Shown: one piece after another, positions 39,049 to 49,336 of the stretch
How the letters are laid out: every line of letters starts with the position of its first letter
Position numbering within the stretch: the stretch's first letter is position 1
NCBI GenBank assembly: GCA_019058365.1
Contig: JAHPZE010000011.1
Location: 60,921-124,920 of the forward strand
Direction: 5' to 3'
DNA from: Promethearchaeota archaeon
GTDB lineage: Archaea > Asgardarchaeota > Lokiarchaeia > Sigyniarchaeales > SOKP01
DNA: 64,000 bases
The notes under the pieces: model-generated
What the model saw: the letters and a program-made list of their open reading frames with translations, nothing else
What the model was told of the DNA's origin: nothing
Database searches by the model: none
Translations under genes and position numbers: made by a program

Positions 39049-39729
39049 TTAAAAGAGATAATTATCTCCAACGCAGATATGCTTAAATTGCCTTGGAAAC
39101 GTCTCTTTTATAAAATTGTAATACTTTGAACAGTGACAAGCTCCTATAAATTCAATATCTTCTAAATAGGATAATTTTTTAAAACCATGAAAACCCCCAA
39201 TGATAGCTCTAATTCTTGAAATATTTTGGGCTTTCATGATAAATTTTTCCAAACCTGGATGTGCGCAACCAACCAATACAATTAACTCATTATCATTAGT
39301 TTTGAGAAAAACTGATTGCTCTGAGTTAAAGCTTCCTTTAAACTGACCTGATATAAAGAGATTTTTTTCAATTTCTATCATTTCTGAGACGCCATAAATT
39401 TGTTTATTCGGAAATACTCTCAAAAACGATTTTAATTCATCAATTGGAACATAAATATTTATAAGAGGATTAATTTCAAGTATTTTTACTAAACCTCCGG
39501 CATGATCATGGTGATTGTGGGAAATAATAACGTTCTTTATGGCTGAGATATCAACATTGAATTCCCTGATATTATGGATTAAAATATTACCATTTCCACC
39601 TGTATCAAATAAGGAAAAATGTTCTGTAAAATAATTATATATTAAGGAAGAAAACCCAAAACCCGTTAAGAATCCTATTTTAGGGCATTTATCGTCATAA
39701 ACAATTTTAATTTCAAAGGATTGCTTCAA
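39049..39729 (-). CDS. MBL-fold metallohydrolase (COG1237/MJ0301-like)
   Basis: GFS, FDTG, SHNHHDHAGG, GCAHPG, GGFH, CHC. Confidence 0.85.
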   Translation of the reverse strand: MKQSFEIKIVYDDKCPKIGFLTGFGFSSLIYNYFTEHFSLFDTGGNGNILIHNIREFNVDISAIKNVIISHNHHDHAGGLVKILEINPLINIYVPIDELKSFLRVFPNKQIYGVSEMIEIEKNLFISGQFKGSFNSEQSVFLKTNDNELIVLVGCAHPGLEKFIMKAQNISRIRAIIGGFHGFKKLSYLEDIEFIGACHCSKYYNFIKETFPRQFKHICVGDNYLF

Positions 39730-39959
39730 TTTTATTCATTTTGAATATTTATTAACAATAATTATATTTCCAAAAATAAGTTTTCACTTTATTTTATCTA
39801 GTTAGCTTTACTATAATGGAACGTGATTATATATCAGCGAATTATTTCCTGTTGGATTAATCTAGCTTTCTAAATTTTTTTCTAAACTTTCTCTATACAA
39901 GATAAAATTATAAAATTTAATACATACTAAATTAATTAAGTCCATTTATGGAATAAAGG

Positions 39960-40490
39960 ATGGGTTCAAAAATTCCTTTTTATAAGATATGTATAGTTGG
40001 TGATTTTGGAGTAGGTAAAACAACCTTGCTTCACCAATATTTAGAAAGGAGATTTAACCCAAATGTAAGTTCTACAATAGGCTCTAATTTTTTTGCAAAA
40101 ATTATTAAAATTCCTAATGTAAAGACTCCTTTTACCTTACAGATATGGGATTTAGCAGGGCAAGAACATTTTAAATGGGTTAGACATGAATTTTATAAAG
40201 GTGCGAAAGGAATAGTCTATGTTTTTGATTTAACTAGAAAACAAACATTTGATAGTATAATTGCTTGGAAAAAGGAAATAGAAAAAGCTATCAAAAGCTT
40301 TTCAAGTATACTTGTTGGAAATAAGTTCGATTTAATAACTCGTAATGAAAGAATAATTGGAGAAGAAGCTCAAACTCTTAAAAAACAATTGAAAGCTTGT
40401 GCATATCATGAAACTAGCGCTAAAATTGGTACTGGAGTGGAAGAATTTTTTTCTAAATTAGTAGCACATATTTATAAATCCTCTAAATAA
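39960..40490 (+). CDS. Rab-like small GTPase
   Basis: GDFGVGKT, STIGSNF, LQIWDLAGQE, FYKGA, VFDLT, NKFD, ETSAK; no C-terminal Cys motif. Confidence 0.92.
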   Translation: MGSKIPFYKICIVGDFGVGKTTLLHQYLERRFNPNVSSTIGSNFFAKIIKIPNVKTPFTLQIWDLAGQEHFKWVRHEFYKGAKGIVYVFDLTRKQTFDSIIAWKKEIEKAIKSFSSILVGNKFDLITRNERIIGEEAQTLKKQLKACAYHETSAKIGTGVEEFFSKLVAHIYKSSK

Positions 40491-40525
40491 TAAAACGATG
40501 TTATAGAAATTAATTCCTCCAATAT

Positions 40526-41272
40526 TTATTTCTTCATCTCAATAAATGTCCAAGCTAGAAACGGTTCAATCTCTATATTATTAAAAGGAGATTGAGAAAC
40601 CATTTGATTAATTTCTTTAGGAGTATATCCCGCTTGTAGAGAGCCTAATGGCTCATTAATTCTCTTTAAAGCCTTAGGAACAACTATTTTAGTTGCAAAC
40701 TTTAATAACCCATAAAAGAATTTCCTTGCATCTCTACGAAAATCAAATATTAATAAAGTGCCATCATCTTTTAAAACACGAAAAAATTCATTAAAGGCTC
40801 GTATAGGGTCCTGCCAATGATGAAGAGAAAGAGTACTGAGTAAAAAATCTATTGAATTGTCTGGAAATGGCAAATCTTCAACATTTCCAATTTTAAATTC
40901 TATCTTTTTATTTAAATCATTTTGAAAAGCTCTCTCTTTAGCCAAATTTAATATTTCGTTAGATATATCAACACCTATTAAATCAAGATTTAGTAAATTT
41001 TTTGCTATCTCAACAATTAAATTACCAGATCCACATCCCAAATCAACCAACTTTCCAGTTGACTTGTACAACTTTAATTGAGATAATATTTTTCTTCTTA
41101 AGAGTTTGAATGGTAGAAAATTAGTCATTTTTTCGAATGCTGCTGCAACTTCAGGATTATCAAGACCTTCAATACTAGGTTTCCTTAAATTCTTTTTTCG
41201 AGGTAAGCCAAAAATGAGAATTAATGCTATTATTATACCGAGAATTATTAGGAGAATTTGTAAGAAATTCAA
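40526..41272 (-). CDS. Class I SAM-dependent methyltransferase with N-terminal TM anchor
   Basis: VDLGCGSG, LPFPDNSID, SLHHW, RVLK. Confidence 0.9.
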   Translation of the reverse strand: MNFLQILLIILGIIIALILIFGLPRKKNLRKPSIEGLDNPEVAAAFEKMTNFLPFKLLRRKILSQLKLYKSTGKLVDLGCGSGNLIVEIAKNLLNLDLIGVDISNEILNLAKERAFQNDLNKKIEFKIGNVEDLPFPDNSIDFLLSTLSLHHWQDPIRAFNEFFRVLKDDGTLLIFDFRRDARKFFYGLLKFATKIVVPKALKRINEPLGSLQAGYTPKEINQMVSQSPFNNIEIEPFLAWTFIEMKK

Positions 41273-41287
41273 ATTTATACCCTTGTT

Positions 41288-41644
41288 TTATAATGTTCCC
41301 ATAAACCACTCAAATACGGGAGGGATATTTTCAATTATTCTATATTTTATATCTTTATGTAATACAACAATGAAAATCTCATCAAGTTGCCTTACCCACT
41401 GATAGTATTCATTATCTGAGATTTCTTTTAAGTTATTTTTATCTTCAAGATCTATATGGAACAATAAATAATTTGTCATATCAACATCTTCTAACTCCCA
41501 TGAGTATTCAATCTCCTCTCGAAGAACAGAAATAAATTCTTCCAGAGAAGGTTCCATTGAAATCCAACCATTGAGCCAAGTCTCCTCATCTTTATATAAA
41601 ATAAAAAAATTAGCGGTTACCTCTGGAAGATCATTATTTTTCAT
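41288..41644 (-). CDS. Hypothetical acidic protein
   Basis: 118-aa ORF in a co-oriented gene run; no recognised motif. Confidence 0.6.
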   Translation of the reverse strand: MKNNDLPEVTANFFILYKDEETWLNGWISMEPSLEEFISVLREEIEYSWELEDVDMTNYLLFHIDLEDKNNLKEISDNEYYQWVRQLDEIFIVVLHKDIKYRIIENIPPVFEWFMGTL

Positions 41645-41721
41645 GATTTTTTCAAATTTAGGTATATTGATTGTTAATCAATTATTTTTTTCATATTTTT
41701 TTTTATTCATACTATTTGAAT

Positions 41722-42561
41722 TTAAAAGAAGATAAAAGATTCTAAGTTTAAGAGTCCAAATCCACTTTGTATTAATTCACCTAATCGAGAAATGAATCGA
41801 GTAGCAGGAGCTCCATCAACAATATCATGATTAAATAAAACACTTAGTGCCAGAAATTCTCGAATTTCAATCTTATCATTAATAACTGCAGGCTTTTTTG
41901 TAATACTTCCCACACCAAAAGCTAAAGGATGAATAGTTGTTGGAATGGGCCAACCTCGAAGTTTACCAAACATACCTACAGAGCTGACTATAATTGTTCC
42001 CATCATTTGCTTAATCAGGACGGGATCTCTAAACTTTCTCTTTATTATATATTTTCTGATAAATCTAGGTAAAGATACATATTTTTTAACATCTTCTTTC
42101 ATATTATGATTTCCTAAAACTGTTGCTTCATCTACTTCTTCTGATTGAGCTTTTCTTATTTCATCATTTATCTGGATTACAGTCTTTTTATTTGTTCTTC
42201 TAACAACAAGTGGTATTGGGGTCTTTACTCCTTCAATAGATTTTTCAACGGGTATTGAAATATCAACATCCTCGAATTTGACGATTTTATTCTTTCCCAT
42301 CATCATAGAATGGACGTCCTTAAATTCACTCGCTGCTTGTCCTATACATTTAAGAAGCCAAGCAGCAAAAGAGATTTTTTTTTGTGTATTCTTCTCATGA
42401 TCTCGAATTTTATTTCTACCCTCTGTCACATCAAATTCTATTAATCCTTTAACATAATGATTATTATCTCCTAATGTAAGGAAATCTAAAGTAGGTATCC
42501 TTACTTTTGGAAAATCGATAACATCATAATGTCCTATATTATCGTCGTTTACTTCCTTCAT
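41722..42561 (-). CDS. 2-oxoacid dehydrogenase E2-like acyltransferase, catalytic domain only
   Basis: NHDIVDGAPATRF; no lipoyl domain. Confidence 0.85.
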   Translation of the reverse strand: MKEVNDDNIGHYDVIDFPKVRIPTLDFLTLGDNNHYVKGLIEFDVTEGRNKIRDHEKNTQKKISFAAWLLKCIGQAASEFKDVHSMMMGKNKIVKFEDVDISIPVEKSIEGVKTPIPLVVRRTNKKTVIQINDEIRKAQSEEVDEATVLGNHNMKEDVKKYVSLPRFIRKYIIKRKFRDPVLIKQMMGTIIVSSVGMFGKLRGWPIPTTIHPLAFGVGSITKKPAVINDKIEIREFLALSVLFNHDIVDGAPATRFISRLGELIQSGFGLLNLESFIFF

Positions 42562-42622
42562 TTTTTTTTTAATAGGTTTTTGATTTATGATAATTCAGAT
42601 CTTACGATTTATAAACTTATTC

Positions 42623-44044
42623 TTATAATTCAAGTGGTTTATATTCTATTAATTCTCCTTTACCACGTTCCATATAAAAAAATTCTGACTCCTTTGGTTT
42701 AAAATTGTTCTTTAATAGCTTTAATGCATTTAAACCTTTCTCAAATTCATCACAGATAAAAATATCGATGCTAATATATCCATGCTCTGGCCATGTGTGA
42801 AGAGCAGTATGACTTGTTTCTAAAATAGCAATGATACTATATCCAAAAGGGGCATAATTATGATTATAAATATCTAGAATTGTCAAATCAGAAGAAATCA
42901 AAGAATCCATAAATATTTGACGAATTTTTTCATTGTCTAAGATTTGATCAGGGGAATCAAATCGCATTTCTCCTACGAAATGAAAACCGATGGGAAGAAA
43001 TGGAGTGGCAATTTTAGTTTTAACTTCAGAAGTATATATCGGACGTGAACTAAAGCTAAGATTGTACCTACTTTGTGGATTTATTACTGAATTTAAGTAA
43101 AAAAGATGACTAAATTTACCTATTATGCTAGCACCTTCATAACGATTGAAATCAGGTACCAATTGTTTAATTATAAATCCATGATCTAAAATAGATAATT
43201 GTAGTTTCTGCATTTCCACTGGAGGTTTGTTTCCAAAGCTAAGAAGGCATTTTTTACCTATTATTGGATAAATTTTACCATTAACATCAATAGTAGACTT
43301 TAAAACTTGACTTGCTCTTTTTAAAAATAATCTTAACCCTTGTATTGTATAAGGGGGATCCATAACAACTACATCGTATTTGTTAGTGATCTCTTTAGGA
43401 CATGGTTCTCTTAAATCATGATGGATAACTTTAAAATTTTGTAAAGAGTAGTCCTCTGCTTTTTCTGAGATATATTCTAAAACTCTTTTATCAATATCTA
43501 ATACTATTATTTCTTTCGCTAATTGGGTCAATCCTACAGCTAGAGAAATACTGTCGTCATCCCCTAAAAAAATAATCCTTCTCCCTTCAATATCTCCATT
43601 TTTAAGTAAAAAAAAGGTTCTTTTTATTATTGTAGAAAAGTCAGCATGCGATTGATCAAGAGCAAATTCTGGAGATGGTCTATTCTGTATGATTTTTTGC
43701 ATGTCATTTAAATATGAAAATTCTTCGGGTATATTTATAATAGTATTATTAAAACTTCCAGGTAAAGGATCATAATCAAATTTTAAATCTAATCTTGCTT
43801 TTACCCATTGTCTTCCTTTTTCACCAAGAAAATTCCTTTTTTCTAGAATTCCAGATTTAACTAACTCACTTCTGACAGCAGCTAGGGTTGGAATTGCAAT
43901 GTCTGTTTTTTGAGCCAATTTTTTATTTTTAAGAGAAGGAAAACGATACATTGTTAATAAAATTGAGCGAACCCCTTCGATACCCTCAGCTAACTGTGCT
44001 CTCTCAGCAACGAGTGCAAATATTTCCTCTGCTTTAGTATCCAT
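42623..44044 (-). CDS. Branched-chain polyamine synthase (BpsA-like) fused to a C-terminal S-adenosylmethionine decarboxylase
   Basis: RP.P...LDQ, FLGDDDSIS, DID.R, HDLR and DPPYT (BpsA); PFGYS..ILETSHTALHTWPEHGYISIDIFIC (AdoMetDC). Confidence 0.85.
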   Translation of the reverse strand: MDTKAEEIFALVAERAQLAEGIEGVRSILLTMYRFPSLKNKKLAQKTDIAIPTLAAVRSELVKSGILEKRNFLGEKGRQWVKARLDLKFDYDPLPGSFNNTIINIPEEFSYLNDMQKIIQNRPSPEFALDQSHADFSTIIKRTFFLLKNGDIEGRRIIFLGDDDSISLAVGLTQLAKEIIVLDIDKRVLEYISEKAEDYSLQNFKVIHHDLREPCPKEITNKYDVVVMDPPYTIQGLRLFLKRASQVLKSTIDVNGKIYPIIGKKCLLSFGNKPPVEMQKLQLSILDHGFIIKQLVPDFNRYEGASIIGKFSHLFYLNSVINPQSRYNLSFSSRPIYTSEVKTKIATPFLPIGFHFVGEMRFDSPDQILDNEKIRQIFMDSLISSDLTILDIYNHNYAPFGYSIIAILETSHTALHTWPEHGYISIDIFICDEFEKGLNALKLLKNNFKPKESEFFYMERGKGELIEYKPLEL

Positions 44045-44144
44045 GAGCTTGCCTCTTGAATTACCATAAGAAACGATTTTCTTAATATGGCTAAAGAATT
44101 TAATACAAAATCGTTAATAACATTTTTCATTAGAACTTAACACG

Positions 44145-45032
44145 CTATTTTTTTTTAAGCAAAATGAAGATTAATGCTAATGTTAGTGGACTTCCAGTTA
44201 TCAATATATGGACACCTAAAATAACTTGAGATGCCATAAAACCTAAAAAAACATAACTATATGTAATATAAATTAAAATAATTGGTGGGATCAGGTCGAT
44301 CCAATTAACCCGTTTTAGATTTTGACGCTTTAAAACGATTATCATTGAAGCAACACCCACAGTTAGAATTTCAAAAATAATAACAATTATTACAGGTAAA
44401 TTATAGACACCCGGTATTAGGGTTATAAGACCCATTAAAGTCATTAAAGTCAACCCTAATGGAACAACCAGAAAAATAGTATAGATTTTTCGCTTTAATG
44501 AATCGTGATTATCAATTTCACTGATGTTTAATATTTGGAATCTTTTCTTTTCCTTTATCCAGGATAAATTGTACGATATTTGATAAGCAATTGGTATAAT
44601 AAACCAACCAATAAAATTAAAAGTCGGTATACCAAAGAAAGAGCCACCTGTGTAAGTCCAAGTCCATAATCCCATCTCAACAGCAATAGGATCCATACCC
44701 CAATCTAAACTAAGAGCAATCAAAGAAGAGGTTAAAATACGCATCCAAACAGTTAACTTTAAACGCTCACTAATAATTATTGCACTATAAATGATACCAA
44801 CCCATGCTAATGGAATCGATAAAGGGACAATCCCAAATATCATAATAGGTTCTGTTGCATAATAATGATTTCCTGTTGTAATCCCTATAGCCTCTAATAA
44901 AATACCATACAAGAACAATGTTGCCAGCATTAACAATCTCTGTATACGGTTAGTTGATCCATCTAGTAATGCATGAACTACTGCTAATCCACACAAAATA
45001 AAACCTGTTATAATAGGAAGAATTTCTAACAT
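44145..45032 (-). CDS. CruF/DUF422-like carotenoid biosynthesis membrane protein
   Basis: E.IG..TG..YY, VPL.IP.AW, D..MDP.AV..GLWTW, FFGIP..NF.GW. Confidence 0.75.
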   Translation of the reverse strand: MLEILPIITGFILCGLAVVHALLDGSTNRIQRLLMLATLFLYGILLEAIGITTGNHYYATEPIMIFGIVPLSIPLAWVGIIYSAIIISERLKLTVWMRILTSSLIALSLDWGMDPIAVEMGLWTWTYTGGSFFGIPTFNFIGWFIIPIAYQISYNLSWIKEKKRFQILNISEIDNHDSLKRKIYTIFLVVPLGLTLMTLMGLITLIPGVYNLPVIIVIIFEILTVGVASMIIVLKRQNLKRVNWIDLIPPIILIYITYSYVFLGFMASQVILGVHILITGSPLTLALIFILLKKK

Positions 45033-45251
45033 GAAAATTTCACTCTATTCTAATATTAAAAAAAAAAACAAACAAACCATTAAGTCTTAATTTATAGGCT
45101 TTTTTGTTTAAATCTAACACTTTCACATTGGTTAATAATAATTAATATTATAAATCTATTACATTGTATATACTACTCCTTTTTTATGTTAATTCATCAA
45201 TATATTCAATTTTTCAAATCACAAACACTTAAATATGATAAATGATACTTT

Positions 45252-45297
45252 TTTTACAGTAAAAGTTTTTACGGTAACAACAATTTTTACTAAAAAA
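45252..45297. promoter_or_regulatory. Triple TTTTAC-N-GTAAAA operator-like repeats
   Basis: TTTTACAGTAAAA at 45252-45264, TTTTACGGTAACA at 45267-45279 and TTTTACTAAAAAA at 45285-45297, directly before the regulator start. Confidence 0.55.
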
Positions 45298-45299
45298 AA

Positions 45300-45746
45300 G
45301 TGAAATTTATGGCTAAAAAAAAAGTAGAGAAAGAAGTAAAAAAAAAGCCAATCTTCGAAAAGGTTGGACTTGTATTTAGAAGCCCTGTAAGAGCAGAAAT
45401 TTTAAGAGAACTTTCAGAGAGTCCTCAAAGACCTATAGAAATTGCAGAAAATCTTGACCTTGAGAAACAAAATATTAATTATCACTTAAATGCTCTAAAG
45501 CGAGGTGGGATGATTCAAACTCGAAGAGAAGAATTTACTGAAGAAGAAGTCCCAAAAGGAAAAGGTACGAGGATTAATGGAATAAGTAAAAGTGGAAAAC
45601 TAAAAGTGGCTCAGGGGGTGGAGCTTACCGAAAATGGTAAAGATATCGTAAATCAGTTTATAAGTCCACTTTATGAAGAGGGCGTTTCTGAAAAAAATGA
45701 ACGTATAAAAGAAAAGAATAAAAATAATAAAAAGGAGGATGAATAA
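45300..45746 (+). CDS. ArsR-like winged-helix regulator
   Basis: SPVRAEILREL...RPIEIAE...QNINYHLNALK...ELTENG. Confidence 0.85.
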   Translation: MKFMAKKKVEKEVKKKPIFEKVGLVFRSPVRAEILRELSESPQRPIEIAENLDLEKQNINYHLNALKRGGMIQTRREEFTEEEVPKGKGTRINGISKSGKLKVAQGVELTENGKDIVNQFISPLYEEGVSEKNERIKEKNKNNKKEDE

Positions 45747-45748
45747 GT

Positions 45749-46783
45749 TTGAAAAATGAAAATATCCAAATTGTAAAATCTATATTTGAAAATCCTTTAA
45801 GTTTTCTTAAATTAGACACTCCTCAAGTTTACAAAAACATGACTGTTATCCCTATCATTGTTCAAGATGACAAATTTATTGATTTTATTAGTATTAAAGA
45901 AGCTGAAGAATTAGAATTAATAGAAATTGTTGAAACTGATACTGTTGGCCAATTAGAAGTTATAAATAATAGTGATAAACAAATATTAATTCCCTTTGGA
46001 ATGACAGTTCATGGTGGAAAACAGGATAGAACAGTCTGGGAACCAATTTTGATACCAGTAGGAGGAAAACAAAGTATTGTAAGTGAGAATCCTGGAACTG
46101 TTAAACAGAAATATATAATTCCTGCAAAATGTGTAGAACAATCAAGATGGAGTTATACTAAAGGTCGTGGGTTTAAATCTTCAAATACACGCCTTCACCC
46201 TAATGTTGCCTTTGAAGCAATCTCAGCAGCGGGTCAAGGTGCTGTATGGGACGAGATCCAATCACATAGAGCTGAAATGAATTATGCGCTTTCTGTTGCT
46301 CCTACTCAAAGCTATCTCGAAATGACAAAGGAATCTGAAAAGCAAACTGGAGATATAGTTAATCATTTTAAGAATGTTGAAAATCAGTGTGGAATTGCTG
46401 TTTTTATTAATGGAGACTTTATTGGTATTGAATTTTATGCGAACTCAGAAGTATGGAAGACTATGAGTGACGATATTCTAAAAGCTTTCTCCATCGAAGC
46501 ACTAAGGTTTAAAGATAAGTCTCAACGTAACGTAATTGAATACCATGATGAGCTTCTTAAGATTTTAAATAGAATGGACTTTAATTACTCTTTTAGAGAA
46601 GGCGTAGCACTTGGAAATGTAGTAGAATTTAATTCCAATGATAACAAATGGCGAGGAATTACATTAGTCCATGAAAAAACAATGGCTCAGTTTTATTTGG
46701 TTTCAAAACGAGGGGGATTTCAAGGTAGCACTCGTTCAAATATACAATTTCAGACAGTTATTAATCAAAGGTATCAAATCTAA
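45749..46783 (+). CDS. ARPP-1/DUF6569-like protein
   Basis: V..LEV.N, GGKQDR, CVEQSRW, QGAVW, QCG.AVFING. Confidence 0.75.
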   Translation: MKNENIQIVKSIFENPLSFLKLDTPQVYKNMTVIPIIVQDDKFIDFISIKEAEELELIEIVETDTVGQLEVINNSDKQILIPFGMTVHGGKQDRTVWEPILIPVGGKQSIVSENPGTVKQKYIIPAKCVEQSRWSYTKGRGFKSSNTRLHPNVAFEAISAAGQGAVWDEIQSHRAEMNYALSVAPTQSYLEMTKESEKQTGDIVNHFKNVENQCGIAVFINGDFIGIEFYANSEVWKTMSDDILKAFSIEALRFKDKSQRNVIEYHDELLKILNRMDFNYSFREGVALGNVVEFNSNDNKWRGITLVHEKTMAQFYLVSKRGGFQGSTRSNIQFQTVINQRYQI

Positions 46784-46915
46784 AATAAAAATCTAATTTT
46801 CAAATTTTTTTTTATAATAAAAGCTTTTTTTGTATTGCTATTGCCAAATTTCTTTATTACATAAAAATTACAAGGCTGATATACTAAAAAAAAAAGAGTT
46901 AATTAATTTAATTTT

Positions 46916-47185
46916 TTATAATCCTGCCGCGAAGATAGTACCAACGGAAAAGAACCAAACTGTTATTATTGCTCCAAAAAATGACCCTAGATAGATTTTC
47001 CCTGTTTTACGATAAAAGAAGATCATAAAGAAGTACACTAAGGCAGATAAAGGAATTACTGACATAAATTGAAGTGGTATTATTGGATTGATCCACCCAC
47101 TATTATATGGATAATTACTGATAGTTACTCCGATATATTGAATCAGGAAATCGATTAGTAGTTGGGCATGATGCTGATGAGCCAA
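46916..47185 (-). pseudogene. Probable C-terminal remnant of a membrane protein
   Basis: Ends in FFYRKTGKIYLGSFF...W TM hairpin; poor 5' end. Confidence 0.45.
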
Positions 47186-47252
47186 TAGTTTTATTAATTA
47201 ATTATCAATTAACATTAATAACATCATTTTAAAATCATAAGAAAAAAAATAA

Positions 47253-47738
47253 GTGTTAATTATGAACATGCTAATAGCTTTTTATTCAAGAACAGGTAAT
47301 ACCAAGAAAATTGCTGAATTAATTTCAAACAGTTTAAATTGTGAATATGAAGAAATTATTGATGTTAAGAAAAGAACAGGATTTATCATAGGATTTTTTA
47401 GGTGTGGATACGCTGCAACAAGAGAAAAACTAACTACAATCAAAGAAGGACAAAAAAATCCAGAATTATATGATTTAGTTATATTAGGAACACCTATATG
47501 GAACAAAAGGATGACACCTGCAATTAGAACATACATCTCTGATAACAAAGGTAAATTCAAAAAGGTTGCATTTTTCTGTACCGAAGGTGGAAAAGGAGGT
47601 TCCGAAACCTTTGAAAACATGGCTAACTTATGCGATAATGAGCCATTATCCACATTAGAAATTACAAAGAAAGAAATTAAGAAAAGTGACCATATTGATA
47701 AAATCAATTCTTTTATCCGAGAAATAAAAAACGATTAA
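47253..47738 (+). CDS. Flavodoxin
   Basis: YSRTGNT, GTPIW, FCTEGG. Confidence 0.9.
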   Translation: MLIMNMLIAFYSRTGNTKKIAELISNSLNCEYEEIIDVKKRTGFIIGFFRCGYAATREKLTTIKEGQKNPELYDLVILGTPIWNKRMTPAIRTYISDNKGKFKKVAFFCTEGGKGGSETFENMANLCDNEPLSTLEITKKEIKKSDHIDKINSFIREIKND

Positions 47739-47962
47739 AAATTCACATTTTACATAATCGAGAATTATCCATTCACTCATCTAAAATTATAAATTTTGAA
47801 TTTTCGTTATAGTATCACAGAATCGATGAGCTTCTAAAATTATAAAAACAATGAAACTATTATATGATTGCGGGGGGATATAAGTAAAAACAAATTAAGA
47901 ACAAAATTTTTTAATTATTGTTATCAATTTAAAAGAAAGTAAAAAAGAGATATTGGAAATAA

Positions 47963-49336
47963 ATGGTATATTTTCAAATTAGTCCGGTTGGATTTGATTG
48001 TGGATTAGAGAAACAAAATTGCAGTAGATATCCAGATTTCTGTAAAGAATGTGTAAAAGATAAACTTGAGAAATTGGGTTTAAATCTTACTCATAATATT
48101 AAATTCACGATAATTGATTCTGAAGATAAACGTATTCAGATGTTTCAAGATTTAATATGGCAGAAATTTCTGGATGTCTTAAACATAAAACACATTTTAA
48201 TAATGGCTAAGGAATCTGGATTAGCTCTAGTTGATTATCCGATTTCAGGAGCAGGGATAAATACTGAATTACTTACGGGGTTTATCCAAGCTAATATAAC
48301 ATTTTCAGAATCGAGTACTACCTTAGATGGGAATGGGACATACGGAAAGAACTATCAAATTTATGAATTTCAATATGAAACATTTAATATTTTACTTCAA
48401 AATGGCCAATTTATTAGAATCTGTTTGGTTTTAGATCATAATGCTTCTGATAGTCTGAAAGCTCTTGTAAATGAGTTCTTAAATGATTATGAGAGTGTTT
48501 ATCTTGATAAAATTGGAGAACATATAAGAAAAGGAAAGATGCATTTCGAAGATACTATTGATTTTATAATGGATACTTTTAATGTAAAATTGGTATTCCC
48601 AATGGTCTTAACCCACACATTATTACCAGATGAATTAGACTTAATTAAAAAGAATCCTATTAAAAAGGCTATAATTGACTTTGCAAAAGAATTACTTGCT
48701 TCAAAAACATTCTTTTTTATTATTAATTTAATTGATGAAGTCCAAAAAGTTGTTCATATTGACGCAAATAAAATTCTTTACGAAGTCTATAATCTTATAG
48801 AAAAAAATATCATCCTCCCTACTACTATTGAAACTGCTGAAGATACAATTAGTAATTTTCAAGAGACACGAGCAGTGAGAATCGATCGTAATGAATTAAT
48901 TTCCTCAATAATCGCTAACGAAGACGAAATAAGTGAATTAAAAGAGAAAGCTAAGTATATGAGTGAAGAGGAAGTTAGATCTTCTATAAATTCTTATCTT
49001 AGAAAAGCCGAAACTGCTGAAAAAGGTTTAGCTTATAAAGAAGCACAAAATGAATATGAGATGGCACTTTATTTGGCATCTGGTTTTGATTTTAAGGACG
49101 AAATCGGAAGAATCTCATTCATGGTTTTAGAACTCGATAAAAAGATTAAAGATTTAGAACTAGAATACGCTTTAAAAGTAGGTGAAAAAGCTGAGAAAAG
49201 GAAAGATTACATCAAAGCCATTAATTATTATAAACAAGGATTGCAAATTTTAAAAAACGTCCAAGACTTAAATGGACATGAATCTCAAATTAAAAAGTTA
49301 GAAAGGAGGATTTCAAACCTCCAAAAACATTTATAA
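47963..49336 (+). CDS. Cys-rich N-terminus + longin-like domain + winged helix + TPR/MIT-like C-terminus
   Basis: ILIMAKESGLAL...NTELLTGFIQANITF (Asgard longin-like); AEKRKDYIKAINYYKQGL. Confidence 0.65.
   Translation: MVYFQISPVGFDCGLEKQNCSRYPDFCKECVKDKLEKLGLNLTHNIKFTIIDSEDKRIQMFQDLIWQKFLDVLNIKHILIMAKESGLALVDYPISGAGINTELLTGFIQANITFSESSTTLDGNGTYGKNYQIYEFQYETFNILLQNGQFIRICLVLDHNASDSLKALVNEFLNDYESVYLDKIGEHIRKGKMHFEDTIDFIMDTFNVKLVFPMVLTHTLLPDELDLIKKNPIKKAIIDFAKELLASKTFFFIINLIDEVQKVVHIDANKILYEVYNLIEKNIILPTTIETAEDTISNFQETRAVRIDRNELISSIIANEDEISELKEKAKYMSEEEVRSSINSYLRKAETAEKGLAYKEAQNEYEMALYLASGFDFKDEIGRISFMVLELDKKIKDLELEYALKVGEKAEKRKDYIKAINYYKQGLQILKNVQDLNGHESQIKKLERRISNLQKHL

Noticed and set aside
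36875-40490. ICMT array as a CaaX-processing system for the nearby Rab-like GTPase
   Set aside because: The GTPase ends HIYKSSK with no Cys, no prenyltransferase is present, and ICMT-family proteins are widespread in prokaryotes.
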